The notes: generated from the sequence alone by a model not told the origin. A stretch of DNA of 64,000 nucleotides from Raillietiella orientalis (GCA_036172245.1 JAYWIR010000015.1:4216001-4280000); one strand, 5' to 3'; counted from the stretch's first letter, positions 1 to 14,699 are shown. Made by a program: numbers and translations.

Positions 1-810
1 GAGTGCGAGAGACTAGCCATCAGCATCCACACGGTGCGAGTCCTCGCGTACAAGCATTCGACGCAAGGGTGGGTAACCCGAAGGACCCGAGAGCTCTGGC
101 AAACCCAGGGAGCGCAGTGGTCCAGGGTGAGCCCGAGCCGACAATGTGCAGAAAGCCGGTTGCAGCCACCTCAGAGGAAGCTCTGAGCAGGACAAGCGCT
201 GGGCAGGTTCGGCGAACCGGCAGTCTGCCCGCAGACCATCGCGGCGGTCCTCTGGAGCTCCTCGCTACTGCTGCACGTTCAGGATTGCCTCCTGATTTTT
301 TATCACGGAGGCATCCTGTGCGGGATGAGACTCCGACGCTGGACCGGGAATTCCGAAGGGGACCAGCGTCCGGCCTGTGGATCGACTGAAAATGACCTCC
401 ACGTTTACACTTGCCGCATCCTTATCCGGACTGGAGTGGTGCGGCGAGCCATCGGATTCGACAACACCTCGAATCTGGACATCCTCCGAGGACTGTTAGA
501 GGGCGAAGACGACGTGCCCCGATACAACCCCACCGTTCTGGTGATGGTCACCTTCTTCCTGAGGAGCATCCTCATCAGGGGGACGTAGCTGGCGAGGTCC
601 CGGGATGTCCTGCATCAGGACTCTTGATGAAGGAAATCGGCATTCGTGCGTGTGGGGGGAGGGATTCCATCTTGGATTCTCCAGCACTGCCTGAGGATAC
701 TGTAGTGAGCGACCAGACACGGTCCAGTGACTTGCCCGCGAGGGCCGCAGTAACACGAGGAAGAACGACCGACGAATCGTCAGAGCGACAGTGCTTGTTT
801 GTTTGTTTCT
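1..810 (+). mobile_element. Degenerate 3' part of a non-LTR retrotransposon (L1/Tx1-like ORF2 C-terminus)
   Basis: ORF 325-588 reads RPACGSTENDLHVYTCR, a decayed CxxC...E..H...C zinc knuckle (zf-RVT type). A (TTTG)n-like tail follows at about 795-810, then an abrupt switch to AT-rich DNA. Confidence 0.5.
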
Positions 811-1895
811 TGTGTGTTGAATCAATGCAGCCCACCGCTGGTCGGACTGGGGAAAGCACAAGATTATAGCTGTGGCGTATGTAATTTATTATACTGTACT
901 GCACCCAAATGAGTTATTGATTTTATTGGAATTATAATTTTTAAATAAATATGTTTGGGAAAAATGAAAATATTTTATTTAATGTGGTGTAAAGTATTCT
1001 AATAGTAACTTTAACCAGCACTTTATGAAGTCAATCGGTACGCGGAAAGCAGTCCGTCCACAGGGATCGCCACTGCCCACAGGGTCGACTCGCGACCCGC
1101 GACAGAACGTTGAAATCTGATGAGCTCCGCACCCAAAGGGTTAAGATGGATTTTTTGATTGCCAGCTTTTAATCCCTGACAAGTAATTCGTGGACTTTGC
1201 ATCTTTGCAAGGGAATCAACGCGCGAGAGAAACAAAAACTGGGAGAGATGAACCCAGGAGAGGCTGCGGAGCTCGATACTCTGGATGAGAAGATACTCTG
1301 GACACTCTGAATCCGAGGCAACAGTGAGCATTCGTAGCTTGATTTTATTTTATTTTTTTGTTCCTTCATTCTGTATTTTCCACTGCGGTGGCTCTTGAAG
1401 TTGTGACGAAAGAGCGGAGTGTGTGCGTGGTCATACTTGAAAGATTTCATTTCTGATCCATCTGATGATCTCTTTCTTCTGTGAAGAGGTGTTAAGATGG
1501 CTGAAAAAGACACACGAGTCCGAGCTGATGTACGGAAATCATAACGAATGTATTCTTGAATGTATTCCTGAAGTCTGTATCGGAGTTCACCGTTTCAAAG
1601 CAGAAGTCGAATGACTAGGATGCACGGAGACCAGGATTTCCCACAATGTTATTCAGAAACGATGCGTTCATCACTCATCATGAATAGGGGATCAGTGATA
1701 CCTGGGGGGAACAGTGGTCCGCTGGAAGAAACTGTTTTGGGAATAGCACATAAACAGCAGGTGGTCGAACCTCTTGAATAGAAAAATATTATTGTAAAAA
1801 ATGTGTACAAAAAATGGTGTATTGGGTTCTTCAGTTTTCGCTATTTTCCTCCCACCTTCTTTTGGGGGGGAGGGAACCTCTCTTCCCCCCCCCCC

Positions 1896-2640
1896 CGCTA
1901 GGCACTCAAGAACCGTTCGCCACCTTAGGAAGCTCACGAAGCTCATTAACACTGTCCACGCCACCCGAGGGTGCATATAACCTTCAAGTTATAGGAGCTG
2001 AACCCCGGAGTGGACCACCGTATGAACCCAGGAAGGCTCCGGAGACAGGAGTCCGTGTTCCTCTTACGCTTGGGAGGAAACCTCCTCTTTATTCTCTCCG
2101 GAGGGATTCCCCGCTTCGTGGGGGCCACTCCTCGTTTCCTCTCCTGAGGGAACCCTCAAGGAACAGTTGTTCCTCGTTCCCCCCTCTGAAGAGAACTCCG
2201 AAGAGGCGCTTCCCAATTTCTCTGAGGGACGCTCCCCGAAAGGGGTACCAACCAGCTCTATGGAAAGCGATGGAGGGTCCCCTTCGATAAGGTGAGGGAC
2301 GGCTCCACTTCCGCAACCTGAGGGGAACACCGGAGGGCTCTTCGATTCCTGGAAGGACCCCGGAGGGTCGACTTCCGATTCCGGCCAGTCATGGGGGCAT
2401 CCGGTTTCCACCAGCGCATGTTTATAAATGTTTATACCGTCGTTTTTATAAATAACGTAGCATGATCAAACGTCCTGCCGCAGACACGTATGTTTATTTC
2501 ATAAATAAACGCCCCGGCGTGACCTGAAGCCTCCAGGCAAACCAGTGTCATCCTGCGAGGGGGACTGGGAACCCACGACGCACCCACTTCTCGGGGGATC
2601 GATCCTTCCTTGGGCGGGATTCGAACCCTCAGCGCCCAAC
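1896..2640 (-). mobile_element. Hairpin-rich tRNA-headed SINE-like element, copy 1 (diverged; interrupted at about 2421-2522)
   Basis: Aligns by eye with 55230-55950 and 60860-61550. The minus strand carries a perfect B-box GGTTCGAATCC near 2617-2627 and a second, degenerate B-box near 2570. Confidence 0.75.
2421..2522 (+). mobile_element. Short 3'-terminal fragment of the Tx1-like LINE family, inserted into SINE copy 1
   Basis: cacgtatg...aataaacgccccggcgt matches the LINE termini at about 26280-26320 and at 14700-14755 (reverse complement). Confidence 0.55.
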
Positions 2641-3739
2641 TTTGCTTGCGATAAAGTGAAGACGGGCATCGGAAAAATTCAAACGGATCTCTCTGAAAGG
2701 TTTTGCGGTGAATGAGGATTGGGCGGACTCCCGATGCTTGCCGTGAAGGGGAAGCATGATACAGCACGTTTCGGTAGCAAACTGTGCACAAAGCCAAACG
2801 AAACACTGACCAACTCTTTTCTTTTCTTTTCTTTTTTTAAAAAAAGGCTAAATTGTCACTTGCTAGTAGCCCAGGTCATTATTCAAAGTTGTGATCTTGG
2901 AATTGATAGAATGTCGCTCCTCTGCCTCCCGCAAGGCATCACCAGAACGGCTACGTCACCGCATGCGTTGCACACAAACTCAATTCCGGTTTCCCCATCC
3001 AATCCGCGTAATTTACTCGAGCCGGAATCTGCTGCCTCGGTGGCTTTCCGGGAATCGCCGCCATGGCATCGAAGAGCTGTCAGGAGCCCACCGCATGGGG
3101 ACCGGCTACCCAGAGCCCACGTCGCGCCCGTGATTTCGCGCAGTCGTCACAGAGAAACGACGCTCCTCAGCGCCTGGGACCCTTCGCTTGTTCCGGCCGC
3201 AGTGGCAGTCGAAGAGATCGAACATGTTGAGGACGTTGCAGCTTCTAGGAACAGACCTTTGCGACCAAAGGACTACGCTGGCACGCGGGCATGTTGAGCT
3301 GACTGCCCCTTCGAGATGAGCTCCTGCCGCCGTGGAGGTGGGTCAGACTTTCCCACATGTTCCGTGTCCCCTTCGGCTCGATTGAGAGTAAAAATGAACG
3401 CAGAGGTGGGACAAGTCTCTTTCCTGCAGCTGACTCGTGCTTCCACCATCATCGGCTGTCACCCAGGCAAAAGAATCCATTGGATCAGGAGGATGCCGCC
3501 CTGGCTCAGCTGATCGACTACTAAGCAAAGAGCAGCACGTCACAACAAGATAGGCGGCAATAGGAAGGAAGCGAATAGGAGGAAGCGAATGTACAGTTCA
3601 CTGCATAGAAATTGTACGCTGCAAACACGCACGGTATTCACTTTTTGGCACTCGCATCTCCTCATTGGTTCGAGAAATAGGGTCACAAATATGCATTTCC
3701 CTTTGTTACCTAACTGTGCCTAGGTAACTTTTATTGCTG

Positions 3740-4860
3740 TTAACGTGTACAATTACATAACTGGTTGCAGGGGGGCTCTGGACATTCTTTCGCAGTTACT
3801 CCTCTGCTCACTTGGGGCGCTCCTCGCCCCCCCTTCATGGTGCTTCCTCCGCTTGCCCGCTTTCGTACGGTGGGAGAGGATTGTCTGGATTCTGCGGCTG
3901 GCTGCCGCAGAATCCAGACGTGGGCTGCATGGATGTCACTTGGGTACCGGATACACGTTGCCCACCATCCGATGTCTCCGTTCCACCAGCTTCTTCTTTG
4001 GTATTCGTAGATTTTCACACACTTCTTAACTCCTTCTTCACTACTATCCCATGCTTCCAGAGAGCCAACGATGAACGCACGTACTTTGCTTTGCTTTCCA
4101 CCTTTCCCAGCTGTAGTGCTACGTCCTTGCATTTTCCTTCCTTAATCTTCCTGGCTGTGCTCAACGCCTCTTTTCGATTTTCGTATGGGCAGCAGATGCC
4201 TAGCACACATACAAGGTTTCCTTTTTTTGCACGACCAGATCCGGTTTTATAATGGAAGTTGTGCCAGGAACAAATTCTCTGGTTCAATGGGAAAGACATG
4301 CAAAGCCGGTTATTAATTGAGAAGCCGAGGAAGCTGAGCCGGATTTACGGCTCAGACTCAGCTGCTGACCCAAGGGTGCAGCTTTGAGGCGTAAGAAACA
4401 AGCCGCTTTTAGCATCTTTAGACTCCCGACGGAAGGCTCCAGGATCTCGAACACGCGGTGAGCTTTCCTTTCTGAAAATTCTCTTCCTCTTCCGGTCCTT
4501 CTGAATTCCTTTCTCGGGAGCGCGGTTTCTCCAAACACAGGCTGTGGTGCTGGAGGTGTTTATGAAGAACGTTCTTCAGCAGCCTCCTGCTGTCTCTGGC
4601 TCACTATCCCTCATTGAGAACATGGAAGACAGGGAAACTCCATCCTGATAAAGCTAGGGAAGGCTAATGCGGAACCGGACGACTGCTTCTGGTACCTAAT
4701 CGGTACTAGATCCAGAGAGCGAGCATCAGGTCCGTTATTCAAGCTCCTGTCGCTTTGGAAGAGTTGTTCACTTCTATCTGTTTTTCCATTTGCCTCTGTG
4801 GCTTGAGCTTTGATCATGGATCAGGTAAGCGACAGAGGAGGAAAATCACAGAGGCAGCAG
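3740..4860 (-). mobile_element. Possible decayed LINE ORF1-like remnant
   Basis: Frameshifted peptides such as ENRKEALSTARKIKEG resemble the K..IL..AKKLK motif of CR1/L2-type ORF1 proteins. Many stops. Confidence 0.25.
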
Positions 4861-5029
4861 ACGGAAGAAAGATGTGCTTCCATCTCTTCCGCGTGGCATT
4901 CTAGTGGTAGAAGTGAACGTGGGAAGCACACCATGCTATAAATTAAATGCATAAAAAAAATCAGATGCGTTGAGGGTGCGGTTCGCTTACGATGAACAGC
5001 AAGGAATTAGCCTGCTTCTGTGGGTTTTA

Positions 5030-5330
5030 CGAGCTCAGGAAGTTATCCCAAGTGAGCACCGTGAACATCAGGCTGCGCGGAAGCAAACAACTGGTGCGAT
5101 GCCAACAGGGGTGCTTCCGCACTCAAGCACACAGCAGGAGATGCGCCGCAGGCGTTTCCATCACGCCCCCGTAAAACAGCGCGCATCCCATCTGAATGCT
5201 GCGTGAGCGGTTTCTCGCAACCGATGCTGGAAGCTGGAAGCCAAGCGGTGTTTGGTTCCTCCCATGAGCGCGCCGGCCGAGCTCCTTTTCTTCTTTCTAT
5301 ACCTGAGTGCACTCTGAAATGGTTCAGATC
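5030..5330 (+). mobile_element. Possible LINE APE-endonuclease N-terminal remnant
   Basis: VSTVNIR, QQEM and VFGSS occur in the order expected for the TxNVRG, LQET and F.S motifs, across frameshifts. Confidence 0.25.
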
Positions 5331-7429
5331 ACTGAGCAGCGCAGAGGCTCAACCTCAGACAGTACATTGGATGTTACGTTTATTGCATTTGTTATATGTG
5401 TGGGAGTTATCACTCCATGGGAGCACTTTCGGTCTTGAAGGCTTCCTTCCGGTTTTGATGTCACGTGATTCTCCGATCCCACGTCGAACCAGAGGAATGC
5501 GACTGACGCGCCGCGAACTTTGAACGCAAATCATGGGCTCCGTTCCTTTTCTTTCAGATAAAAGGCAAGCACCCCCATCGACTTGTGCCTGCTCTACACA
5601 TCGCATTCTTCTGCTTTAGTGCATATTCTGTTTTTGTTGTTGTTGCTTATTTTCCTTAACACGTATTTGTCAGCCCCATGATTTGCTCTCTTCAATGGTG
5701 TTTTCCAGCTAGAGGGGGTTTCCCTGTAACTTAGCTTCCAGATCTCCCAGCGTGATCTCAAGCTCATACCACACGGATCTGTCTCAAGCTTTTCATCACT
5801 ATTCCAGCTTTAGTCAGCTGCTGGACAGCAACTCGACTTCCTCTTCCTCCTCCAGCCAGAAATCTTGAGCAACTACTGGAATTGGGGGTATGCCCACCTC
5901 GTGTGCACCATGCATCGCGTTCACAAGCATGGTTTTGAGGAGGTTTCGTATCCAAGAAACCACGTACAGGAGGGTTGACTGGAAAATCCACTGAAATCGG
6001 TCATCTTAATCTCTCAATGTCATGATCATCGTCCTTAGGCTTGGATGTGAGATCAACGAATGGAGATCACTTCCGTGATGACGCGGGGATGACTCGATCC
6101 AACCCACCGCAGCCCCTGATGTCACCGAGCCTGCCTGGTACGCGTGTTATCGTGCAACGAATCAACTTGTCTTTGTGGATGCCCAAACCCGCTCCTCACA
6201 CCCATGGAGTCTTTGCGGGAATAGACGCGGATACCTCAGAATCTACCTCTCCTCCTCTATTCGTGATGACGACCGAACGCATGCCTTTCAAGCACCAGGA
6301 ATCAATTTGCAAGCTGGCGGGAGAGAAGCTTTTTTTTGAGATCCTCCTCCTCCCAAGGATTCAGATTTCTTCCTTTTTAAAGACGTTTATGAAAATTATT
6401 CGCTGCTCCTTCCTCAGCTTCCAGGAACTTCTATCTTGAAAGTAGCTCTGCTAGTCTCCAGACTCGTTTCGACACGGCGTCCACTAGTGGCATCTGGCCA
6501 AATGTGTTCAAACCAAAGGATGGATTTGGGAAAGATAAACACGCGTCGATTTCACCTGGTCTGGTGGGGACACTGAAAACAAACAACGGGAAGCAGAACT
6601 TACTTATAGAGTGACCTTGGTATGCATCATGATGCACTGGATCTATTGCAGCTTCCGCATTAGTGGATATCTGTTTTCAGCCACTTTCCGAAAGATATTC
6701 CAGTTATTATAGGTCGTCTGCAGGTTCGTTTCTGTAATCACATTGAGTTACTTCTCTTTTAGAGATGCTGCTTATGACAATTAGCTGGAGGCGGAGAATC
6801 CAAGCTGGCTAAAAGTTTTGTAAGAGAAGATGGGAAGGCACGGTCCTTTCCTGTGGTGTCGAGGGAGGGGAGAAGTGTATGACTCCCAGCCAGGGGTTTG
6901 ACGTTCCACGAGCGACTGCTAACTGGAAAATCATCCACAGAGCTTCTTCTCCGCATCCAAATGATAGTTTTCAGCATAATTTTCTTTTCCAGAGAAGGTT
7001 ATCTAATTACTGTCCATTTCTGTTCTGGAAATGGTGGATTTTTCTAAAGAGAAAAATGAATAATCGAAATAACTGAAATCGGTTCCGAATTTCCATGTTC
7101 TTCGTCCAACTCGTTCCGACTCTTCTGCTGTTCTAATAGATTTCAATATCCTTTGCTCCAGTAGCTCATATCCACAATTTTCGGAAATGAAAAAAAAACC
7201 TGCGTCTTTTCAACAGCAAGTCATTCATTTGCTCAAGACTGGGGTCGGAAACCGTGCTAATCCTATTTAACGAGAGTAGGTTCGACCTAGATAAATTCCT
7301 TCGAAGGGTATGGAACACTCTCGATCGCTTCCAAGGAGTTTTGCTCGTTGAGGATAATCAACTGCACTTTTGATGCGAATTCGAATAGGATGAGGGCTGT
7401 CATGTTTCGAGACTTTCGAGAGAAATGGG

Positions 7430-8600
7430 GAGGGAGAAAATGACCGACCTGAATGCAGGTGCTTCTGCCGTGCAGCCTGCAAAAAAACGGAGGATGAAAA
7501 GATGCAACCAAAAGAACAAAACCAAAAGATACGACTTCCTTTTACGACAGAACCTTTTTTTTTTTTTTTTTTTTCCCTGTACAACCAGTCGTTATCCACT
7601 TTCGAAAGATATACATCCCGCCGTAGTTTGAAAGTCAAATGACTAAGAACAGCAGAATCAGCAGTTACGTGGAATGTGGATGTTTCTCTAGTGGCTTTCC
7701 ATAGAAGGTGGATTCTTGCGAATGCCACGCTTTGGTGCTACGCAGACGCTCGACCATGCAACCCGAAGAAGACTAAATCTACGAGCTAAAAACTTCGTGG
7801 GACGGTGCCTTATGGGTTTAGGGGAACGAAGGTCAGGTGGGACATCGCAGAAAAATGAGCTGGCACCGAGCTTCCCACTTTCGAAGAACCTCAGCGTCCG
7901 CGTCTGTGGTCCAAGTTCGTTGTGACACTTTCCGGGACAGTCGTAGCAGTATCTGACGGTCTTTGTGTCCAACTCGGGTTGTTTTCAATCTCTCAAAAGA
8001 CAAACCTCAGGTGGCAAACCCCGAAACGCACGCCATACTTTTCCCGATGTACCATTCTTCTCGGCAAAATGTCGCGTACAAGTATGTTTCCTGGTGCTGC
8101 TTGCCGTGTCTGATGTTGGATGAAAGAATCGGAACGAGCAATTTTCCGTATCCATAAGTGAACTGTCATGAACAGTGGTGAATCTTTTAAATCATGCTGG
8201 CACGAGACTCGCTACTCTGATGACTTATTAATCCAAGAAAGTAATTGCAAGTCAATTTGCAAGCCCTTCCCTAGTTGTCACGAACTGTGCGTAACGCTAT
8301 TTTTCCCATATGAGACTTCCCTCTCTACAAGAACTGACTGACATAATTCGCAGAGGAGAGAAATAGAATGTCTTTGATTCATTATTTGGTAAATCTCATG
8401 CTTCCAGTTTTCGGTTTCGGGTGGACCAAATCGGGGCAACAAGAAATAACGCTCTGCAATTGTAGTTATTGGAAGAAGCAACTCGAAAAAAAAAAAAAAC
8501 TGGAATCCTGTGTAAGCACATGTGAAAAAATATTTTCGAAATTTTCATCGGATGTTTTGGAAACAAAAGTTTTTCGAGTCTTTCGGAGAGAGCCGCACAG
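7430..8600 (+). mobile_element. Possible decayed hAT (ZMYM1/Tip100-like) transposase N-terminal half
   Basis: WTKSGQQEI resembles YTS..IQNEI and is followed by IFSKFSSDV, resembling FSI.ADE. Heavily degraded. Confidence 0.3.
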
Positions 8601-10899
8601 GCTGTAGGAAAAGAAGCATTGTGTTTGCCAAAAGTCAAGAAGCCGATGAACATTATGATGTAGAAATGCAAATGGAAGCTCAGCTCGAAGAGAGAGGGAG
8701 GGAGGGGGAGGAATTGAAAACAGTCCTAAAAGAGTCAAGGAAACTGATGACACTTCCGTGTGCAACCAGTGGAAATGGCGAACATCCAAAAGAATAAAAG
8801 TTTCTCATCCAAATCAAAGATCATTTCCTCATTTAAGGAAAGAACTGTTGAAAGCATCGCAAGTTCTTTTATGGAACTGCTATTTATCCTGATTGAATCC
8901 GACTGGAAACACTTACACTCTCAACACGGAGATGGAAATGTGGATAGATTGCTTTGGAAAAGTCCTCCTCCTCACTAGAGTTTTACAACAGGTTGAAATC
9001 TCAAAGTTCAAAATCTTTTATGGTATGATGAAAGCTTTTGAATGCTGCAGAGTTTCATGAGGACTTGAACTATCGATTCTCTTCAAGACAACAACTGCTA
9101 GAATAATAGATGCTTAGCTATTACTTTACATGAATTAACATTCATAACAGAAATGTCCCATTGCATGTCTGATTCCCCGTCCCTTGAGTGTTTTTTTTTT
9201 TTTTTTTCTTTTCATTTCTTCTAAATGCGTTAGAATAGGGACTTCAGTTCACAGCTATTTTTTACGGCATTGTAAATAGTTTTGTGGACAATATCCGTAC
9301 AAAAAAAAGTACATTGATATGTGTCAACGAATAGCTCAATGTAATTAAAATGGATCGTGTAAACAAAGCAACTGGAAGGTGTTTACAATTCAGTAGTGTT
9401 CAATGGCATATACTGAAATTTATGTACGTTCCACATGTTTATAAAAAAAAAAAAAACTGACATTACACTGCATTTTAAAGAAACGAGCAAGAATCAGTGT
9501 ATATAAAATGGTTTGTCATGAGAGGAAGGATGATCTTTTAAAAAGCTGCTGATGGGAACGAAGCGACCAACGTGAGGAAGGTAAGTGCATTTTGGAAATT
9601 TAAGTGTTTCTGGACATCATAGCAAATGACTTTCACGTTTGGTTCATATGGAAGGTCATGTGGAAACGCTCCCACAAAAGGAAAAGGATTAGGCAGTGTG
9701 GTCCAGCTGGTGGGCGAAGGAGAGGCGGAAAAGAAAAACTGAAGACTTTGGCGGTGATGAGCATGGTTAGGGGATTTCGTACAACTGGTGGTCCACGATG
9801 ACCTCCTTTTGTCTTTGTATATCGCTTCCTCGGTTCTTCCGAGGTCGATGATTTTCCTCATTAATGGTGATGAAACTTGGCAGCGCTCGTGAGAGTGAGC
9901 AGAAGGAGCAATCGGTGTCTGTCTGCACATGTAGATGCAATCTGTTGCAAGGTATAATTTACCTATGATTTGAGAGAGTAAACTAATAGAGGAACTGTGG
10001 ACTCTTTGTCACCCTGGCCTAGATTACTCCTGAAACAGTGGATGTAGAAGGTGTATCTCGGCAAGAGATTATCAAGGCATCTTGATAATAGTAAAGCAAC
10101 CTCGTCCTTATACTTAGAAACACAAACTAGTCAGAGTGATGCCGATCCAAAATTTACATACATCATCCCACGTAATTAGATCAAATATTGTACACAATTA
10201 TTATTTTAATCTGTTGGATCATTCTAAGAAGAAAGTAGTAAAAAAAAAGAGTGAATGAGAGTCTGGAATCTGGATGTGTGTGAGGTAAAATCCAACGGGA
10301 GCATCTGCCCTCAGCTGGAATGGCAAAGAGATCAGGAGAATATTATGCGTGATCTAACATTAATTAATTTAATTAAGGATGGTATGCTGGCGATTTCATA
10401 TCCCTAGCTATTGATGAATCTGAACAAATGAAGATGGGCTTCGTTTTTAAGAACGTAGGCATCAGAGGAATGGATAGCCTGCTTAGATGTGTCCTCTTTT
10501 TAGAATTGGAATACGAAAATAAAACTGATGTTATAATTATGAAGGACTAAGTAATAAGGAGTTATGCGCATTAAGACAACATGTGCAGTTTGTAAGTAAG
10601 AGTAGGAGTAAGGAAGTGGAACAAGGGGTACAGTGGTATTACAAGCACAAGATGAAGAATTTGCAGCTGCCTCAAAGGACTTTCATTTGCTGAAATGAAA
10701 GCACCTTATGAGCTTTAGAAAAAAAGGATAGCAAAAGCTTCTGGAACGCATTACAAGAATTCATCCACTTCATTGGTGACACAAATAGAAGACTGCATTC
10801 GGATGTGACTTCTTTGTTTAGAGATTTCCATTCCATGCTTCGAAAAAAGGAAAAATCTGCAATACGTTGACGAGGAGGAAAGTGCCTTTCGTGCTGTGT

Positions 10900-13800
10900 G
10901 TTTTTCTGTTCGTCGGGGATGTCGACGCAGCCATGATGCTGCAAATCTTCGAAAGCGGACAACGAAGAATCAGTCTTCTCACCGTCAGGTCAATTGGGAA
11001 TCCATGTGACCTGGAGAGGAAGTTCGCTGTTGTGGAGGCTTCAAACTGTAAAAGTTTGCAGGCTCGAGGTTGCATTAGCAGTCTGTTTCCTCTGATCAGC
11101 AGTAGGTCAGTTTGTGAAGGCGTTTTTGGCTTAATGCGTTCATTATGCTGAAAGAATTGATTCAAGCATTTTTGTAATGGTTGAAGGTATGTAATTCAAG
11201 GTCATATAACAGCGTGGTCTTATTTCGAAGGACATTGTAAGATGAGTTCACAGGCAAGGTCTTTCGAATATGATGGTGCTGATGAAATCGATGGGTGTGG
11301 GGGGGGTTAAGAGTTGTTCAGGAAAGAATTCCATGGATCAATTCTGCCAACAAGACTGGGGGGTACAAGACGGCACCTACGGCCACGTTAAGTGATATCC
11401 AGCGATCGATTGCCATTGAGAAAGGGTATGCGCTTCGTGTTATTGCCCCTCATGTTCCTGGGCAGCACATTTTCATGCCGGTATGGGTGAAAGAAGGTAA
11501 TAGGCAGAGGAAAGTGCAATGGTGGGAACGGTGATGGATATGTTGCTTTCCCTAGCGCAGACATCACCTTGTGCAGTGCATAGGATTGCTGCTGCCACAG
11601 GGCAATAGGAAGGGAACGGTGCTCTGTAGGTTTGTGAAGAGCAGTGACGTGTCTGGAATGAAATAAGCAGTTATCTCTTGATTTTTCCGAGAGTGAGTCA
11701 AAAATAGTATCAGGACTGATATCAGAGCATGCATTGGGAATTTTGCTTTCTTTTATCTGAATATGAATCGGTTGTTGATTGAGGGATGCTTAGTAGCTGG
11801 TCATTCATGACAAGCAGTGGATTGGGCGGCATTGCCTACCACATTGGTACTTTTGAAGTGACGGAAGATGGCGCCTCGATTTCCTTGGCAGATTATTCAC
11901 ATCTCTAAGGAGTGATTTGTTCTGGACTTCTGATGCGAAGCTGATAATTTGTCGATGCATCCAGGATTACTTTTCATGTGTATCAAGCACCCATGTTCTT
12001 GAAAATGGGACAAAGAAATTTTCTTTATGAGGAAAGGAAATCCATTCAGTATACGTTCTTAATTTACGTCTTCTGAGACGATGGAATTGAGTAGTAGAAG
12101 AAGGAAGGACGCCTCTGGCTCAAGCTCATGAAGAATATTGAAAGGGAAGCTGAACTCGAACGGAGAGAAATGACACTCGAGAGCTTGCTTGAAACCTGAG
12201 AGCGCTCTTGGCTCGGTTTGAGAATGGTAGCGACAGTCCAGCAGACGATTCATCTGAGAGGACACCATGGAAACAGAATGTGCAGCACGATAGTAAAATG
12301 GAATGGGTGGGGCTGCTCAGCAAGAGAACTGTCATCTGGCTTACGGATTGAAAAAGGATGAAGTGCTTTGACTGGACGTGGATTAGAGTAGAGAGAAAAA
12401 AGATTGAGTAAGTGTGGGCATTTAAGGCAAGATGGCGGATGTGAAGAAAAGGGGGGGACACGTCTCAGTACTCTCGCTTAACGTGTAATAAGTTACAAAA
12501 TCCGCACAGGTTTGATTCTGGGAACACCCAGGGGGTCCGTGAATACGCGAATGCATAGGAAGGACAATTCGAGTCATGGATAAAGAGGAAATAAAATAGG
12601 AGACGAGGAATCGGCCAAGCGTTGGAGACAATTTCCCTTCGTCGATGAAACGGCATGATGGCTAGTTATGGGTGCTGCAGAAAGCAGGTTGGTGTCCTGT
12701 GGCCACTCGGAATGGTGGCTGCATATTTACCCTCGCTGAAGAACGCTTCAGAGAAAGGAAATTCCTAGAAGAATGAAAATTACAGCTCTCGTGGTAAATA
12801 CCGGCAGGAGCAGTCTTCAAAATGATGCAGTGGTTGGGTGAAAAGCCCTTTTCTCGTGAATTATGGGGGATGAACTGAATTGTTTTAAATTGACGGTGAC
12901 CAGCCGAGTTTGTATCACATTTAGTGGTTTGGAAGAGGAGTAAACGTGCTGACGGCAAGATAATTGCATATCTTGTTATTTTATAGGTTTATAAGGATTG
13001 ATTGGTTGGTTTTCTGAGGATAGAGTAGTCCCTGTGGTAATGACCGTGGTATGGCAAGGGCATCGCTGCATATTTATTTTCATGATTTATTAGCTAGTTT
13101 TTTTTTCTTTATAAAACCCACATACGACTTCGTTTCGTTAACATGGGTTTAATTCTGAGACTTATGAAGAAAGGAGAATGAAAGTAGAGACGGTTGCTAC
13201 TGTTTTCAAGTTCCCGGCTGCTCAAGAGCAATTGTGACTATCTAAGGGTCATATGGAATCATCTTCCACTGGTTACAATGGTTCTCGAGGAAGCCATATT
13301 AAATTTGGGAGGATGCGAGGTCTCGTATTTTCTTATTCATGAATATAGATGTGGACTATTTCAAGTAATGATATTATTTTCGATAATAAAGCCGTTTGTA
13401 TTCGTTCATTGCAAAAGTGGGAGGAAAAACCGATGGAAACTGAGATCGATATGATCGCGTATTTACTACGAATAGTGTCGTCTAGGTATGTGCCTTTTGG
13501 TTTATGTTTCCTAGGGGAGATCGGTCTTTGAGTGGCATATCTGAAGATGGGGAGATTTTCAGCCTATCTGAAGGATGAGATGTCAGTTTGTTTAGCGGTT
13601 GCCAGTCGATCGAGAGCTGAACACAGGGAGAAACGAACCTGACAACCGTCACCATGGTGTTCAAGATGGAATTTAGGTGGATGGAAGAAAATATAATTTT
13701 GCATATCATTGAATCAAGGACAACAAGAATAGCTGGGAGTAGACTGGGAAAGGCTGGAGAGACGTGAGCGAGCAGTAGATTTCGATTTTCGTGTACAGTC

Positions 13801-13900
13801 CTCATTATGGAGTTGACTGGAATCTATTCGATGGCACAGCCCAGGCGAAAGATCTCACGGGATCGATTCGATCCTTTTGGTTCTGTTATTGCTAACGAGG
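10900..13900 (-). mobile_element. Highly degenerate LINE ORF2 ghost (EN-RT-RNase H, I/R1/Jockey-like)
   Basis: Motif remnants in correct order on the minus strand: ILVVLDS (like GDFN, about 13720), YKPI (like YRPISL, about 12990), GVP.ESNL (like GVPQGS, about 12520), PDD (like YADD, about 12335), a KYLGV..DEKLSW-like remnant (about 11980), VAVGAVLY (RNase H-like, about 11380). Confidence 0.6.
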
Positions 13901-14699
13901 TAATTTTTTTTTTATTGCTGTTGATGATGGATTTTATTATTGCGTGTATCATGATGGTACATTCTGTGCTGTTACGGCTCAGGAGTTTGAGGAAGAATGA
14001 TAAAATATCGCTTTATAGGCAGCTCGTCGCTTCGTCTCCTTGACTGATGGCAGTTGTGCTTATGATGGCGCAGGTCAATCCAGCTATCAGCCTAACCTCA
14101 CATCCTTGGCATTTCTGGATACGAGGAACGGCAAGTGTGTCGAGGCAGCACGAGAAGATGCCGGGGAAGAGGAGCCGCCAGACTCCGCTTCTCCCACGGC
14201 GTATTTTGAGGTGAGCGACCGTGAGGCAGAGACCAGCATGGGCGGTGCCCTCGGCCGGCCGCAGGGGTTGGGCGAGAAAACGATGCAAGCGGTGCCGAAT
14301 CCTCGCTGCCAGCCCTGGGAACCCTTCCATGACGTAAAAAATTCGAAATTCAAAGAGTCCATCTGGTCATATTCGACCGAGGCCGTTCGTTGTTCCTGGC
14401 TTTGCCATCCACACGTTTGCAGACAACCAGGTGAAATCGCATGCACAAAGGATACAGCTGTTGTCCCTACAGACGAAGGGATACCTTCTTCACATGCGAA
14501 TCGTTGAGAGCTGAAGTAGGATCTGGCGATCCGGTGGATAGGAGCAGAGTTGAGGATGATGCTGTTCCACTGGAAGAGTGACACCGGACGCTGAGAACGG
14601 CTACTCAAAGAGGAATGGTTTCTCTCTCAGCGTGCTGTGCCGCGGAAGGGAGCAGAAGGGAAGCCGTGCCGGACCGCAAGAAGGCTACTCGGAGATGCT

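Noticed and set aside
2600..2680. tRNA gene (perfect GGTTCGAATCC)
   Set aside because: No cloverleaf or acceptor stem; it is the SINE head.
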